Positions 16,374-27,331 are shown, counted from the stretch's first letter. The stretch: 64,000 nt of DNA from Armatimonadota bacterium (GCA_026392115.1 JAPLCQ010000089.1:2509-66508), one strand, 5' to 3'. The notes: generated by a model from the sequence alone, not told the origin. Numbers and translations: made by a program.

Positions 16374-17816
16374 GTGGAGGCGCGCTTGCTGAGCATCCTG
16401 CCGGCCCTCGTCATGGCCCTGGCCCCGCCTGCTTCGCCGGGCTTCACAGTGGGCATCGAACTGCCGTCGCAGGTCCCCGTTCCGCTGCCGGTGGAGCGGG
16501 CGCTGAAGGACCTGGGCATCGGCTACGCGGGCTTCTACGTGGCCAACACGCCCGCTTGGGAGCCTCCCGAGGCAGGCACGACCGAGGCCATGGTGGCCCT
16601 CTGCCGCCGTCTCGGGCTCAAGTTCACGCTCGACTGCCACCACCGCGACCCCTCGGCCGCGAGCATCCGGGCCGCCGCCGCGGAACCGGGCTTCCTGGGC
16701 GTGGCGGGCGCGCCCGCGGTCGTCTCCACCGAGGTCTGGCCCTCGCTGCTGCACGCCGCCGCTCGGGTGGGGATGACGCCCTGCCCCAAGGTATGCAAGG
16801 AGTTCTACTCGCCCGTCAGCCTGGCCGTCGGCATGGGCGCGGCGTTGCAGTACGGCCGCCCGCTCTGGGTGGACGTGGACATGTGGTACTTCGCCCTTGT
16901 GCCGGGCCACCCCGCCGACGAGGTCCGCGCCAATCTGCAGCTGGCCTACTGGATGGGCGCCGACCTGGTCTACCTCGAGGGGAGCGGCTACAACCTGATG
17001 CCAGCCGGCAAGCAGGGCGTCCCCTTCTCGCTGATGACCCAGGTCGACGCCGAGCGCTACCAGCTGACGCCCCACGGCGAGATGCTGAAGGAGTTCTGCA
17101 CGAAGTACCTGCCCGCCAACCCGCGGCCCTATACCTTCCGCGACGTGCGGCCCACCATGGCGATCATCCGGTTCGACGACACCGATGTGGGCCAGAAGTC
17201 GTGGGGCGCCGACCGGCTGTACGGCACGACGCGGCTGAAGCCCGATCGCGACACCGCCGCCTGGCTGGGCCTCTGGAACGTGCTGACCCACGGCCGCACC
17301 GGCGCCGACGGCATCGCCTACTTCAAGGCCTCCATCAAGCACACCGGCGATGATCAGCGCTACCACCAGTCCGTGACGCCCTCCTACCTGACGGAGCCCG
17401 CCAGCGCCGAGCACCGCTTCTTCGTGCCGCTGAACGGCGCCGTGGTGTTCGACGAGAGGGTGGAGTACGATCGGCTGCGCGGTATCCCGTTGCTCTTCCT
17501 CACGGGCAAGTCGGTGAGCCCCGCCACGCTGGCTGCCATCCGGCGATGCGTCAGCGAAGGCGCGCTCTGCGTGGCCTGGGCGCCCCTTGCGCGCTCCAGC
17601 GGTCTTACGCCGCCCGCCGGTCACAGCGCTGTTCGCCGCCTGGGCAAGGGCCGCCTGATCCTCACCGACGACTTCCAGAGCCCCGCGACCGTGACGCACT
17701 ACCGCCGCTTCCTGGGCAAGCCCGACGAGATACGCTACACCTTCGGAGCGCGGAGCGTCGCCCTGAAGCGCGTGACCGACAACACCGTGGATGTGCGCGT
17801 GAGCCCCGCGCGGTGA
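16374..17816 (+). CDS. Hypothetical secreted protein
   Basis: GTG start after gcggagaa, with a signal-like N-terminus (LLSILPALVMALAPPASPG). Ordinary composition over 480 aa. No family recognised. Confidence 0.65.
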   Translation: MEARLLSILPALVMALAPPASPGFTVGIELPSQVPVPLPVERALKDLGIGYAGFYVANTPAWEPPEAGTTEAMVALCRRLGLKFTLDCHHRDPSAASIRAAAAEPGFLGVAGAPAVVSTEVWPSLLHAAARVGMTPCPKVCKEFYSPVSLAVGMGAALQYGRPLWVDVDMWYFALVPGHPADEVRANLQLAYWMGADLVYLEGSGYNLMPAGKQGVPFSLMTQVDAERYQLTPHGEMLKEFCTKYLPANPRPYTFRDVRPTMAIIRFDDTDVGQKSWGADRLYGTTRLKPDRDTAAWLGLWNVLTHGRTGADGIAYFKASIKHTGDDQRYHQSVTPSYLTEPASAEHRFFVPLNGAVVFDERVEYDRLRGIPLLFLTGKSVSPATLAAIRRCVSEGALCVAWAPLARSSGLTPPAGHSAVRRLGKGRLILTDDFQSPATVTHYRRFLGKPDEIRYTFGARSVALKRVTDNTVDVRVSPAR

Positions 17817-17835
17817 TGTGCGGATCGATGCAAAG

Positions 17836-17875
17836 CCCAGCGCCCCCGGAAGCCGAAGCCTCCGGGGGCGCTGGG
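17836..17875. terminator. Bidirectional hairpin terminator between convergent genes
   Basis: cccagcgcccccgga agccgaagcc tccgggggcgctggg forms a perfect 15-bp GC stem. A second copy lies at 21066..21101. Confidence 0.55.
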
Positions 17876-17899
17876 TGCGTCTCAGGCTGGAGCGGCGAG

Positions 17900-20780
17900 C
17901 TACGGCGCGACTGTCAGCGTGCCGCTACCGCTGCCGGCGTTGTAGTCGGCGTCCGCCGTGAAGTCCACGGTGAAGGGGAACGCGCCGACGGTGGCCGGGG
18001 TGACCGAAACCGTGGCTCTGCCCGCCGCATCGGTGGCGACCGTGCTGTCCAGGCTCACGCCGGCGCACACGAACCGGAGTGACTTCCCGCTGACCGGGGT
18101 CAGCGTTCCGTTCTTCTGGTACCAGTAGAAGTAGGCGATCAGCGTGCCCGCCGCGCCCACCTTGCCGGATCGGTTCATCGTGTAGACGTAGACGCTCCGC
18201 TTGGCCGCAACGGTCAGCTTGGCCGTGCCGGAGGAAGCGGTGTACGTCGCGTCGCCGATGAAGCGCGCGTTGATGGTGTAGTCGCCCGCCGTCGCCGGAG
18301 CGGTGACCGCGAGCGTGGCCTTGCCGGTGGCCTCGGTGACCGCCGATGCCGGGGTCCAGGACCCGCCGTTGAACTGGAACTCCATCTGCTTGCCCGCAAT
18401 GCCCGCCCTGCTCTGCGTCTGCAGGTAGGCCAGAAGGCTCACCGCGTCGCTGGGGCCCGCGGTGCGGTCCATGACGGCGGTGGTGGTGGCCAGGAGCGAC
18501 GTGGTGGTCAGCGTGCCGGAGCCGCTACCCTCCGGAATGCCGTCCGCCGCCTCGAACCGGCACGCCAGCGTGTGGACGCCGGCAGCCGGCGCCGTGAGGG
18601 TGAGGGTGGCGTAACCCGTTGCGTTGGTGAGGATCTCCGAGTTGGCCCAGGCGCCGAAGTCGATGCTGAACTGGAGGCGCTTGCCGCTGATGCCCGCGCT
18701 CGCCGCGTCGGTCATGCGGCCGCGCAGCGAGACGCGTGTGCCCTCGGTGACGTTGAGGCTGTCCACCGCCAACGTGGGAGCGGCGCCGCCGAAGCTGAAT
18801 CGTGCGACAATGGCATCATAGGCGTTACCGTTGTACGATGTGTCGTAGGCGCCCGCGGTGGTTGGAAAGTCGGATGACGATGTATAGCCGGCAACGGTGA
18901 CGCTGCCCGTCCCGCTCACGGCGATGCCTTTGCCGTAGTCCGCACTGGCGCCGCCCAGGAACGTGGCGTATGCCAGCGCCTTGCCGTCGGCTGCCACCTT
19001 CGCGACGAAGACATCGTAGGTACCGTTGTGCGTAGTGTCGTAGGCGTCGGCGGTCGTAGGGAATTGGCTCGACCACGTGGCACCTGTGACGTAGGCCGCC
19101 TTGCCGCTGTCCACGGCGATGCTGTAGCCAAGGTCTGAGCCGCTGCCGCCAAGGAGAGTGCTGTAGGCGAGGCTCTTGCCGTCCGCGCTCAGCTTGACGA
19201 CAGCCACATCCTCCTCTCCAGACCTCGTGACGCCGAAAGCGCCCGCAGTGGTGGGGAAGTTATCCGACATCGCGTTGCCTGTCACGTACGCGCAGCCGTC
19301 GCCGTCGATAGTCATGCCGTTGCAGTACTCATGAGACGCGCCGCCGACGTAGGTGCTGTAGGCGAGGCCCTTGCCGTCGGCGTTCACCTTGGTGATGAAA
19401 AAGTCATACCCACCATTGGCCGTGACATCATAGGCATCTGCGGTAGTGGGGAAGTCAGCGGATTGAGTGTAACCCGCCACGTAGGCGGCGCCTGCGCCGT
19501 CCACCGCGATACCGTTGGCGGACTCGGCGTCGGCGCCGCCCAGATAGGTGCCATACACCAGGGTCTTGCCGTCGGCTGCCAGCTTCACAACGGCGGCATC
19601 GCCCCATGCGCTGCGGGAGGTGTCAAAGGCGCCGACGCTCGTCGGGAAGTCGCTCGAGTCGGTGGTTCCTGCAACGTAGGCGGCTCCCACCCTGTCCACC
19701 GCGAGCCCAGAGGCCCTTTCGATACGTGGTGTCGAAGGCATCCGTGCTGGTTGGGAAGTCCGGCGAAGCCGTCTTGCCGGCGATGTAGGCATTGCCCGCG
19801 CTGTCTACGGCCAGGGCTTGGCCGTAGTCCAAAGCCCCGCCGCCCAGGTAGGTGCTGTAGACGAGGCTCTTGCCGTCCGCGGCCAACTTGGTGACCATGG
19901 CGTCCTGGGTGCCGCCGATCGAAGTGTCGTAGGCTCCGGAGGTAGCGGGGTAGTTGCCCGATTCCGTATAGCCGGCGATGTAGGCGGCTCCGGCGGCGTC
20001 CACCGCGAAGGACCGGCAGTTGTCCAAAGCCCGGCCGCCCAGGTAGGTGCTGTACTCGAGCGTCGGGTCGACCACCAGCGGGCGGCTCGCGTCGTAGCGC
20101 GCGATCTGGAAGCCGACGGCGTTGCGCTCGAGCGTGAAGGAGCAGGCGACCTGCTTCCGGACGCCGTTGAGGGTCTGGTAGGCGTAGGGCCGGTTGAGCG
20201 TCACGTCGCCGCAAGCGGTCGAAGCGATGAGCTTCCCGCCGACGGTCCGAAGCGACTTCGCGCCGGAGACGGCCATGCGGATCCTCGACGCATCGGCGCC
20301 GGGCTTCACGACGAAGTCATACTCCAGCGTGCGGGACTTGCCTGCGCCGTAGGTGACCAGGTCGATGCCGGGGTAGACGCCCGCCAGCTTAACGCGCGAG
20401 TAGGTGGGCACGTTGGTGCGCCACTTCTTCGCGTCGTTGCCGAGGAAGTAGTTGACGACGCCAGGCTGCTTGTCCAGGCCCGAGGCCACGGCCCCGGCGT
20501 TGGATCCCTGCAGCTTCAGCCGCAGCGCCGTGGACTTGTCGCCCTTGCGCAGCGACAGGACCATCTCGCGGCTCGTCAGGAAGAGCGCGCCGCCACCGCT
20601 TCGCGCGACGAACTGCACCTCCTTCGCGTAGCGCCCCGTGTTCTTCTCGAACGTCAGGGGCAGGTTCGCGTTGAGCGACCTGGCTGGGCCGGCCGAGGGC
20701 GATGCGACACCCGGCACGGCCGCGATGAGGGCTACCGAGCACGCCGTAGCGCGCAGCAGCCTGCGAGTGAAGTTGAGCAT
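17900..20780 (-). pseudogene. SBBP-repeat surface protein, disrupted paralog of 21128..24127
   Basis: ORFs 19623..20813 and 17900..19792 are the N- and C-parts of one gene. The frames switch near 19720 (..TSTDAFDTTY / ERASGLAVDRVGAAYV..), where part of one repeat unit is missing. The span is 2881 nt, not a multiple of 3. I place the start at ATG 20780. Confidence 0.7.
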
Positions 20781-20980
20781 GATCCGCCTTTCAACGACAG
20801 TGGTTATGGCCACCCCGAGTTCGGGGAGTGCGCCCGCTGGTTCTGCACGCTTCTAGCCGGGCCGCCGATCGTGCAGCGCGCCCTGACGGTGATTGTAACA
20901 CGTTCGGTGGGAATACGCAAGCCCTCTCTCATTTCCGAGACAGGTCCGCAGGAGCCATATGGAGGCGGCGCGCCTGTGCC

Positions 20981-21054
20981 GTCATCCTGAGGAACGAAGG
21001 TTCCCCGTAGCTCGAGGATGAGGCCTGCGCTGACCGTGTTGAGGTTGTTGATTG
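20981..21054. repeat. Dispersed composite repeat, copy b (short core plus nonamers)
   Basis: gtcatcctgaggaacgaaggttccccgtagctcgaggatgag is followed by gctgaccgtgttgaggttgttgattgtg. Confidence 0.6.
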
Positions 21055-21065
21055 TGCAAACGCAG

Positions 21066-21101
21066 CAGCGCCCCCGGAAGCCGAAGCCTCCGGGGGCGCT
21101 G
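21066..21101. terminator. Hairpin terminator (copy of 17836..17875)
   Basis: cagcgcccccgga agccgaagcc tccgggggcgctg lies directly downstream of the stop of 21128..24127. Confidence 0.55.
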
Positions 21102-21127
21102 GGTGCGTCTCAGGCTGGAGCGCCGAG

Positions 21128-24127
21128 CTACGGCGCGACTGTCAGCGTGCCGCTACCGCTGCCGGCGTTGTAGTCGGCGTCCGCCGTGAAGTCCACGGTG
21201 AACGGGAACGCGCCCGCCGTTGCCGGGGTGACCGTGATGCTCGCCTTGCCGGAGGCATCGGTGGCGACCGTGCTGTCCAGGCTCACGCCGGCGCACTGGA
21301 ACCGGAGGGACTTGCCCGACACCGGGGTCAGCGTTCCGTTCCTCTGGTACCAGTAGAAGTAGGCGATCAGCCTGGTGGAGCCGCCGACGGCCACGGAGCG
21401 GTTGATCGTGTAGACGTAGACGTTCCGCTTGGCCGCGACGGTGAGGTCTGCCGTGCCGCTCGATGCGGCGTAGGTGGCATCCCCCGCGAACCGGGTATTG
21501 ATGGTGTAGGATCCCGCCGCGACGGGCGCCGTGACGGCGAGGGTCGCCTTGCCGACGGCGTCGGTGAGGGCCGAGGCCGGGGTCCACGCGCCGCCGTTGA
21601 ACTGGAACTCCAGCGCTTTGCCCGCGATGCCGGCGCCGATCGACGTCCCGCTCGGGATGCGGAGGTAGGCGACGAGGCCAAGGGCGTCTCCGGGGCCCGC
21701 GCCGATGCTGTTGACCGCCGTGACCGTGGCCAGGAGCGTCGTGGTATCCAGCGTGCCGGGGCCGTCGGCGGCCGCGTAGCCTTCGGCCGCCTCGAACCTG
21801 CATAGCAGCGTGTGGGTGCCCGCGGCCGGCGCCGTGATGGTGAGCGTGGCCACGCCGGCCGCGCTGGTGAGGATCTCGGAGTTCACCCATGGGCCGGAGT
21901 CGATGCTGAACTGGAGGCGCATCCCGGAGATACCGGCGTCTGCGGCGTCCGACAGGCGTCCGCGGAGCGTGACGCGGCTGCCCTCGGTGGCGCTCAGGCT
22001 GTCCACGGCCACCGTGGGCGTCGGCTGGCCGAAGCTGAACTTGGCCACCATGCCGTCGTCGCCTCCCGTTGACTGGGTCTGGTACGCGTTGGCGGTGCAG
22101 GGGAAGCCGGCGCCGCTATAGCCGCCGATGATGGCCGCACCCGTGGCGTCGACGGCGACGCCGGCGCCCTCATCGGCATAGGTGCCACCCAGGTAGCTGC
22201 TGTAGGTCAAGCACGTCCCTGAGGGGTCCAGCTGCGTCAGGAAGGCATCGATCTGGCCGCCGTCCGCCGCGTGGGTGGACTGGGCGGCGCCGGCGGTGAC
22301 GGGATAGCCCGCGCTCTTGGTGGAGCCCGTGATGAAGGCCCCGCCGACTGCGTCCACGGCGATGCCCTTGGCCTTGTCGTCGCCCGCCCCGCCGATTAGG
22401 GTGTTGTAGACCAGCCCGGTACCGGTGGGGTCGAGCTTGGTCACGAAGCCGTCATAGCCGCCCGCGTTGACGGCCTGGTACGCGTTAGGGGTTGTGTAGC
22501 TTTCCCCGTTGGTGTAGCCGGCCAGGTAGGCCGCCCCCTCGCCGTCGATGGCGATCGCATAGCCGTAGTCGGAGCCGGACCCGCCCAGGTAGGTGCTGTA
22601 GATCAGTGCCGTGCCGCCGGCGTTCAGCTTGGTCACAAAGCCGTTAACGCCGCCCGGCTTGATGGTCTGGCATGCGTCCGGCGTGGTTGGGAACCAGTCG
22701 TCGCTGTAGCCGCCGATGAAGGCCGCGCCGGTGGAATCGACCGCGATGCCGCGGGCGTAGTCGTTGCCGGTCCCACCCAGGTAGGTGCTGTAGGTCAGGT
22801 ACGTCCCTGAAGGGTCCAGCTTCGTTACGGTGGCGTCAATGCCGCCTTCGCGTACGGTCTGGTAGGCGCCGGCGGTCGTCGGGAAGTCGCCGTCGGTGTA
22901 GCCGCCGATGTATGCCGATCCGGCGGTGTCCAGAGCGATGCCGTATGCGGAATCGGCGCCCGTGCCGCCCAGGAAGGTGCTGTAAGCCAGGGACGCGCCC
23001 GATGCGCCCAGCTTCGTTACGAAATTGTCAGTGCCGGCGGAGTCGGCCCCGTGCGTGGTCTGGAACGCGCCGGCGGTCGTCGGGAAGGCGGCGCTGTTGG
23101 TCTCGCCGCAGACGTAAGCCGCGCCCGTTGCGTCCACCGCGACGGCCTTCGCCTCGTCGTACTCGGCGCCGCCCAGGTAGGTGCTGTAGACCAGCTTTGC
23201 GCCCGTGGCGCTCAGCTTCGAGACCACGGCATCGGTCCCGCCCGCGACGGCCGTCTGGTAGGCGCCGGTGGTCGTAGGGAACGGCGTGCTGGCCGAGTAG
23301 CCGCAGACGTACGCCGCACCGGCGGCGTCCACGGCGACTGCCTTGATCTTGTCGGCGCCGGAGCCGCCCAGCAGCGTGCCGTACGCAAGCGTCGGGTCCA
23401 CGACCAGCGGACGCGAGGCGTCATACCGCGCGACCTGGAAGCCGATGGTGTTCCGCTCCAGCGTGAAGGCGCATGCCACCTGCTTGCGGATGCCGTCGAT
23501 GGTCTGGTACGCGTAAGGCCGGTTCAGCGTCACGTCGCCGCAGGCTGTGGATGCGATGAGCTTGCCGCCCACGGTGCGGAGAGCCTTCGCGCCGCTGACC
23601 GCCATGCGGATGCGCGACGCGTCCGAGCCGGGCTTCACGACAAAGTCGTACTCCAGCACGCGGCTCTTGCCGGCTCCGTAGTAGACAAGGTCCACGCCGG
23701 GGTAGACGGCCGCCACCTTCACCCGCGAGTAGGTCGGGACGTCGGCGCGCCACTTCTTCGGGTCCTTGCCGATGAAGTAGTTGACGACGCCCGCCTGCCG
23801 ATCAAGGCCTGAAACGGCCGCGCCCGGGTTCGCTCCGGCCAGCCTGAGGCGGAGGGCCGATGACTTCCCGCCCGAGGTGAGGGCCAGGACGGCCTCGCGG
23901 TTCGTCAGGAAGAGGGCGCCGCCGCTGGAGCGGGCGACGAACTTCACCTGGGAGGGGAAGCGCCCCGTGTTCTTCTCAAAGGTGAGGGGCAGGTTGGGCG
24001 TTGCGGCGCCCGGCGCCGCCATGGCCGATGCGGCGGCGAGCAGCAGTGCGGCGGAAGCCGCCTGCCGCAAGTGGCCCGGCCGGAGGCGCGGCCCGTCTGA
24101 TGATGCCGCCGAACAGTGATACCGCAT
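21128..24127 (-). CDS. SBBP (beta-propeller) repeat surface protein with three C-terminal Ig-like modules
   Basis: About 10 repeats of D.FVTKL...G..L.YSTYLGG...D.A.GIAVD..G.AY..G.T...FPTT.GA. Signal peptide present. AAGGAG lies before ATG 24127. Confidence 0.85.
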   Translation of the reverse strand: MRYHCSAASSDGPRLRPGHLRQAASAALLLAAASAMAAPGAATPNLPLTFEKNTGRFPSQVKFVARSSGGALFLTNREAVLALTSGGKSSALRLRLAGANPGAAVSGLDRQAGVVNYFIGKDPKKWRADVPTYSRVKVAAVYPGVDLVYYGAGKSRVLEYDFVVKPGSDASRIRMAVSGAKALRTVGGKLIASTACGDVTLNRPYAYQTIDGIRKQVACAFTLERNTIGFQVARYDASRPLVVDPTLAYGTLLGGSGADKIKAVAVDAAGAAYVCGYSASTPFPTTTGAYQTAVAGGTDAVVSKLSATGAKLVYSTYLGGAEYDEAKAVAVDATGAAYVCGETNSAAFPTTAGAFQTTHGADSAGTDNFVTKLGASGASLAYSTFLGGTGADSAYGIALDTAGSAYIGGYTDGDFPTTAGAYQTVREGGIDATVTKLDPSGTYLTYSTYLGGTGNDYARGIAVDSTGAAFIGGYSDDWFPTTPDACQTIKPGGVNGFVTKLNAGGTALIYSTYLGGSGSDYGYAIAIDGEGAAYLAGYTNGESYTTPNAYQAVNAGGYDGFVTKLDPTGTGLVYNTLIGGAGDDKAKGIAVDAVGGAFITGSTKSAGYPVTAGAAQSTHAADGGQIDAFLTQLDPSGTCLTYSSYLGGTYADEGAGVAVDATGAAIIGGYSGAGFPCTANAYQTQSTGGDDGMVAKFSFGQPTPTVAVDSLSATEGSRVTLRGRLSDAADAGISGMRLQFSIDSGPWVNSEILTSAAGVATLTITAPAAGTHTLLCRFEAAEGYAAADGPGTLDTTTLLATVTAVNSIGAGPGDALGLVAYLRIPSGTSIGAGIAGKALEFQFNGGAWTPASALTDAVGKATLAVTAPVAAGSYTINTRFAGDATYAASSGTADLTVAAKRNVYVYTINRSVAVGGSTRLIAYFYWYQRNGTLTPVSGKSLRFQCAGVSLDSTVATDASGKASITVTPATAGAFPFTVDFTADADYNAGSGSGTLTVAP

Positions 24128-24183
24128 ACGTTGGCACTCCTTGGCAAGTGTGCCGGGACGATGGCTCGACCCGGTCGGCGACC

Positions 24184-24237
24184 ATTATGCGCGGTCACCG
24201 TTTCGCTACCGTAACGATCGGCCTCGCTACCGTAACG
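24184..24237 (-). promoter_or_regulatory. Candidate SARP-dependent promoter: direct repeats plus a -10
   Basis: TCGCTACCGTAACG occurs at 24203..24216 and 24224..24237, a 21-nt period. On the minus strand ACGGTAGC, ACGGTAGC and ACGGTGAC are spaced 21 and 11 nt apart. CATAAT (24184..24189) follows, 56 nt upstream of ATG 24127. Confidence 0.45.
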
Positions 24238-24364
24238 GATCGCCTGCCGGCGTCGAGCAATCTGCGAGGATTCCAAGGCAATCAGCGCGCTTCCGGTGCT
24301 AACCTGAGGCTACGCTCCGCCCGCGCGGACCGCCGCCGGCGACGCCGGCGCCTGGAGGACGCCG

Positions 24365-27328
24365 TTGAGTCAGTGCCTGTGGCGCGTGAATATGCTCGGG
24401 GGCCTCTCCTTGCATGCGCACGGCAGGACCGGGCTCCGCCACCCGACCCGGCGCACGGCAGCGCTGCTGGCGCGGCTCGCCTATCCGGGGCACCGGCGCT
24501 TCTCGCGTGACGAGCTGGCCGACATGCTCCTGCTGGACTCGGGCAAGCTGGACGCCCGAACGTACCTCCGCCAGATCGTGATGCGCCTGCGCCGCCTGCT
24601 GGAGCCGGCGGACGTCGAACCGGGGAGCATCGTGCGAAGCGATCGTGAGCACGTCGCGCTGGACCCCGCAGCCGTCAGCACGGACGTCGAGGAGTTCGAG
24701 ACGGCCCTCGATGCCGCCGCGAAACTGGAGGGGGCGGCCGCCGCCGCGTGGCTCGCCCGCGCCGTATCGTTGTACGCGGGCGAGCTCCTGCCGCAAGTCG
24801 ACGCCGAATGGGCGTTGCTCGAGCGCCGGCGCCTGCACGGCCGGGTTCTGTCCGCACTGGCGACGCTGGCCGGTATATGCGAGGCCGCCGCCGACTACGC
24901 CGGCGCCACCGACCATGCCGCGCGGGCCATAGCCGTCGATCCCCTCTGCCCGGAGGCGCACCTGACGCTCATACGGTGCGCCGTCGCCAGGGGCGATGCG
25001 GCGGGCGCACGCAGGTATCTTGCCGCGATGGTGAAGCTCTGGCGCGAGGGGCTCGGCCTCGACGCCCCCGCGGAGGCGTTCGAGGCGGCGGCGGCGGCCC
25101 CGTCGCGCGCCGGCGGGCGCGCCCAGGCGCCAGGCCGCGTGCCGGCGCCCCTGAGCCGCTTCTTCGGCAGAGAGGTCGAGTGCGCTGAGATCCGGCGGCT
25201 GCTTGCGCCGGGGCCGGGGCAGGCGCGCCTGCTCACGCTGACCGGGCCGGGGGGATCCGGCAAGACCCGCTTGGCAGTCGAGGCCGCCGCGTCGCTGCAG
25301 GATGCCTATGGCGGCGCGGTGCGGTTCGTGCCGCTGGCCGAGGTGGCGGGCCCCGGCTCCGTGCCGTCGGCGCTGGCGCTGCTCCTGGGTGTTCCGACCG
25401 GCTCGGTCGAGGCGCTGGCCGGGGCCGTCAATGATGCGCTCGCCGGGCCGAGAGGATGCCTGATCCTGCTCGACAACCTGGAGCATGTGGCGGCCGACGC
25501 CGCCCGGGTTGTGGAGGCGCTCCTTTCGCTCTGCCCCTCTCTGGCCGTGTTGGCCACCTCCCGCCGCTGTCTGAACGTGCCGGGCGAGCGCCATCTGCCT
25601 GTGGCGCCGCTGGAGGCGCCGCCCTGGACCGGGTGCGCCGAGGGCGTCGCCGGGCGCCCGAGCATCCGGATGCTGACCGATCGCATCCAGGCGCGGCGGC
25701 CGGGCTTCACCGTCACCGAGCGGAACGCCCGCACGATGGTGGAGCTCTGCGCGCGCCTCGATGGGCTGCCGCTGGCCATCGAACTGGTGGCGGGCTGGTC
25801 GGGGACCTACACGCCGGAGCAGATGCTGGCCCGGGTGGAGACCATGCCGGCGTTGCTCTCCAGCCTATCCTCTACCGCGCCGCCGCGTGTGGCCTCGCTG
25901 CACGCCGCCATGGAGTGGAGCCTGCTGTTGCTGGATGATGGGCAACAGAGGCTCTTCGCGGAACTCTCGGTCTTCCGCGGCGGCTGGGGCATCGACGCGG
26001 CGGAGGCGGTCTGCAGCGGCGGCGACGCGGCCGCGATGCGGGCGCTGCAGGAGTGCTCGCTGGTGACCGCCGCCGACGTGGGCGGCAGGATGCGGTTCGG
26101 CATGCTGGAGACGCTGAGGAGCTTCGCCGCTCACCTTCTGAGGCCGGCTGACGCCGATCGGGTGCGCGGGAGGCACGCCCGCTGGTTCGCCGAGACGGCG
26201 GAGCGCGTGGTGTCGCAGGGATCGGACAGCATCCTCGATGGCTGGCCCACGGCGCTGGAGCCCGACCTGCCCAACTGCGGCGCGGCGCTCCGGTGGTGCC
26301 TGCTGGAGCCAGGCCGCGCCGCCGAGGAGATCGAATCGGGCGTTCGGCTGGCTGCGGGCCTGTGGCCCTACTGGGGCACCATGGGCCGGTTCGACGAGGC
26401 CCGCGAGTGGCTCACCGCCGCCCGCGAGGCGGGCAATGGCGCACGCACCGCGGCCTACGGAAGCGTCCTGCAGGGGCTGGGGCTTACACTTACTATGGGG
26501 CCCCCGTGCGCCGCCGCGCTGGAGTGCGGTTCCGAGAGCCTGGCCATCGCCCGCGAGCTGGGCGATGCGACGGGGGAGGCCCGGGCGTTGGGGTCGTTGG
26601 CGGTTATCCATCAGAACAGGGGCGAGACCGCTGCGGCCCGGTCCATCTTCGAGCAGGCGCTGGAGGCAGCGGAAGCCACCGGCCAGGACGACGTGGCGCT
26701 GCAGGCGCTGCAGGGCCTCGCGCTGGCGTCTGAGTCGAGTGGCGAACCCGGGCGCGCGGCCGACCGGCGGCGTCAGGCGTTGGCGCTGGCGCGGAGGATG
26801 GGCAACGCCCGGCACACCGCCGTGGCGCTGCACAACCTGGGTTTCCTTGCGTGGCGCGGCGGCGAGCTTGCCACGGCCAAGGCGCACCTGGAGGAGAGCC
26901 TGGCCTACTGCCGCGACCTGGAGGATACCTACCGCGAGGCCCGCTGCCTCTGGGGCCTGGGCAACATCGCTCGGGCGCAAGGCGACGGGCCGCGGGCGGC
27001 GGCGCACTACCGCTCGATGCTCGGGCTGGTCCAGGCAGGCGGACACCGCGTCCTGCGCGCGCCCTGCCTGGAGGGCCTTGCCTGCGTGGCCGAAGCCCAT
27101 GGGAACCCGGAGCGCGCCGCTTCGCTGCTCGCCCACGCCGAGATGCTTCGCGAGGCGCCCGGCGCGCCGCCGGCATGGCCCGCCGTGGCGGAGGCGAACG
27201 CGGCGCTGGACGTGCGCCTTCAGGCGACCATGGGTGGAGAGGCCTTCAGCAGCGCCCACGAGCGCGGCAGGGCCCTCGCCACCGACGACGCCCTGAGGCT
27301 GGCCGCCGAGCAGTGGCCCGCCGGGTAG
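24365..27328 (+). CDS. SARP/AfsR-type regulator: winged-helix + BTAD + P-loop STAND ATPase + TPR
   Basis: WRVNMLGGLSLHAHG and YAGELLPQVDAEWALLERRRL mark the OmpR-like and BTAD parts. LTGPGGSGKTRLA is the P-loop, and the C-terminus is TPR-like. TTG start at 24365, with GTG 24386 or ATG 24392 as alternatives. Confidence 0.85.
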   Translation: MSQCLWRVNMLGGLSLHAHGRTGLRHPTRRTAALLARLAYPGHRRFSRDELADMLLLDSGKLDARTYLRQIVMRLRRLLEPADVEPGSIVRSDREHVALDPAAVSTDVEEFETALDAAAKLEGAAAAAWLARAVSLYAGELLPQVDAEWALLERRRLHGRVLSALATLAGICEAAADYAGATDHAARAIAVDPLCPEAHLTLIRCAVARGDAAGARRYLAAMVKLWREGLGLDAPAEAFEAAAAAPSRAGGRAQAPGRVPAPLSRFFGREVECAEIRRLLAPGPGQARLLTLTGPGGSGKTRLAVEAAASLQDAYGGAVRFVPLAEVAGPGSVPSALALLLGVPTGSVEALAGAVNDALAGPRGCLILLDNLEHVAADAARVVEALLSLCPSLAVLATSRRCLNVPGERHLPVAPLEAPPWTGCAEGVAGRPSIRMLTDRIQARRPGFTVTERNARTMVELCARLDGLPLAIELVAGWSGTYTPEQMLARVETMPALLSSLSSTAPPRVASLHAAMEWSLLLLDDGQQRLFAELSVFRGGWGIDAAEAVCSGGDAAAMRALQECSLVTAADVGGRMRFGMLETLRSFAAHLLRPADADRVRGRHARWFAETAERVVSQGSDSILDGWPTALEPDLPNCGAALRWCLLEPGRAAEEIESGVRLAAGLWPYWGTMGRFDEAREWLTAAREAGNGARTAAYGSVLQGLGLTLTMGPPCAAALECGSESLAIARELGDATGEARALGSLAVIHQNRGETAAARSIFEQALEAAEATGQDDVALQALQGLALASESSGEPGRAADRRRQALALARRMGNARHTAVALHNLGFLAWRGGELATAKAHLEESLAYCRDLEDTYREARCLWGLGNIARAQGDGPRAAAHYRSMLGLVQAGGHRVLRAPCLEGLACVAEAHGNPERAASLLAHAEMLREAPGAPPAWPAVAEANAALDVRLQATMGGEAFSSAHERGRALATDDALRLAAEQWPAG

Positions 27329-27331
27329 TCT

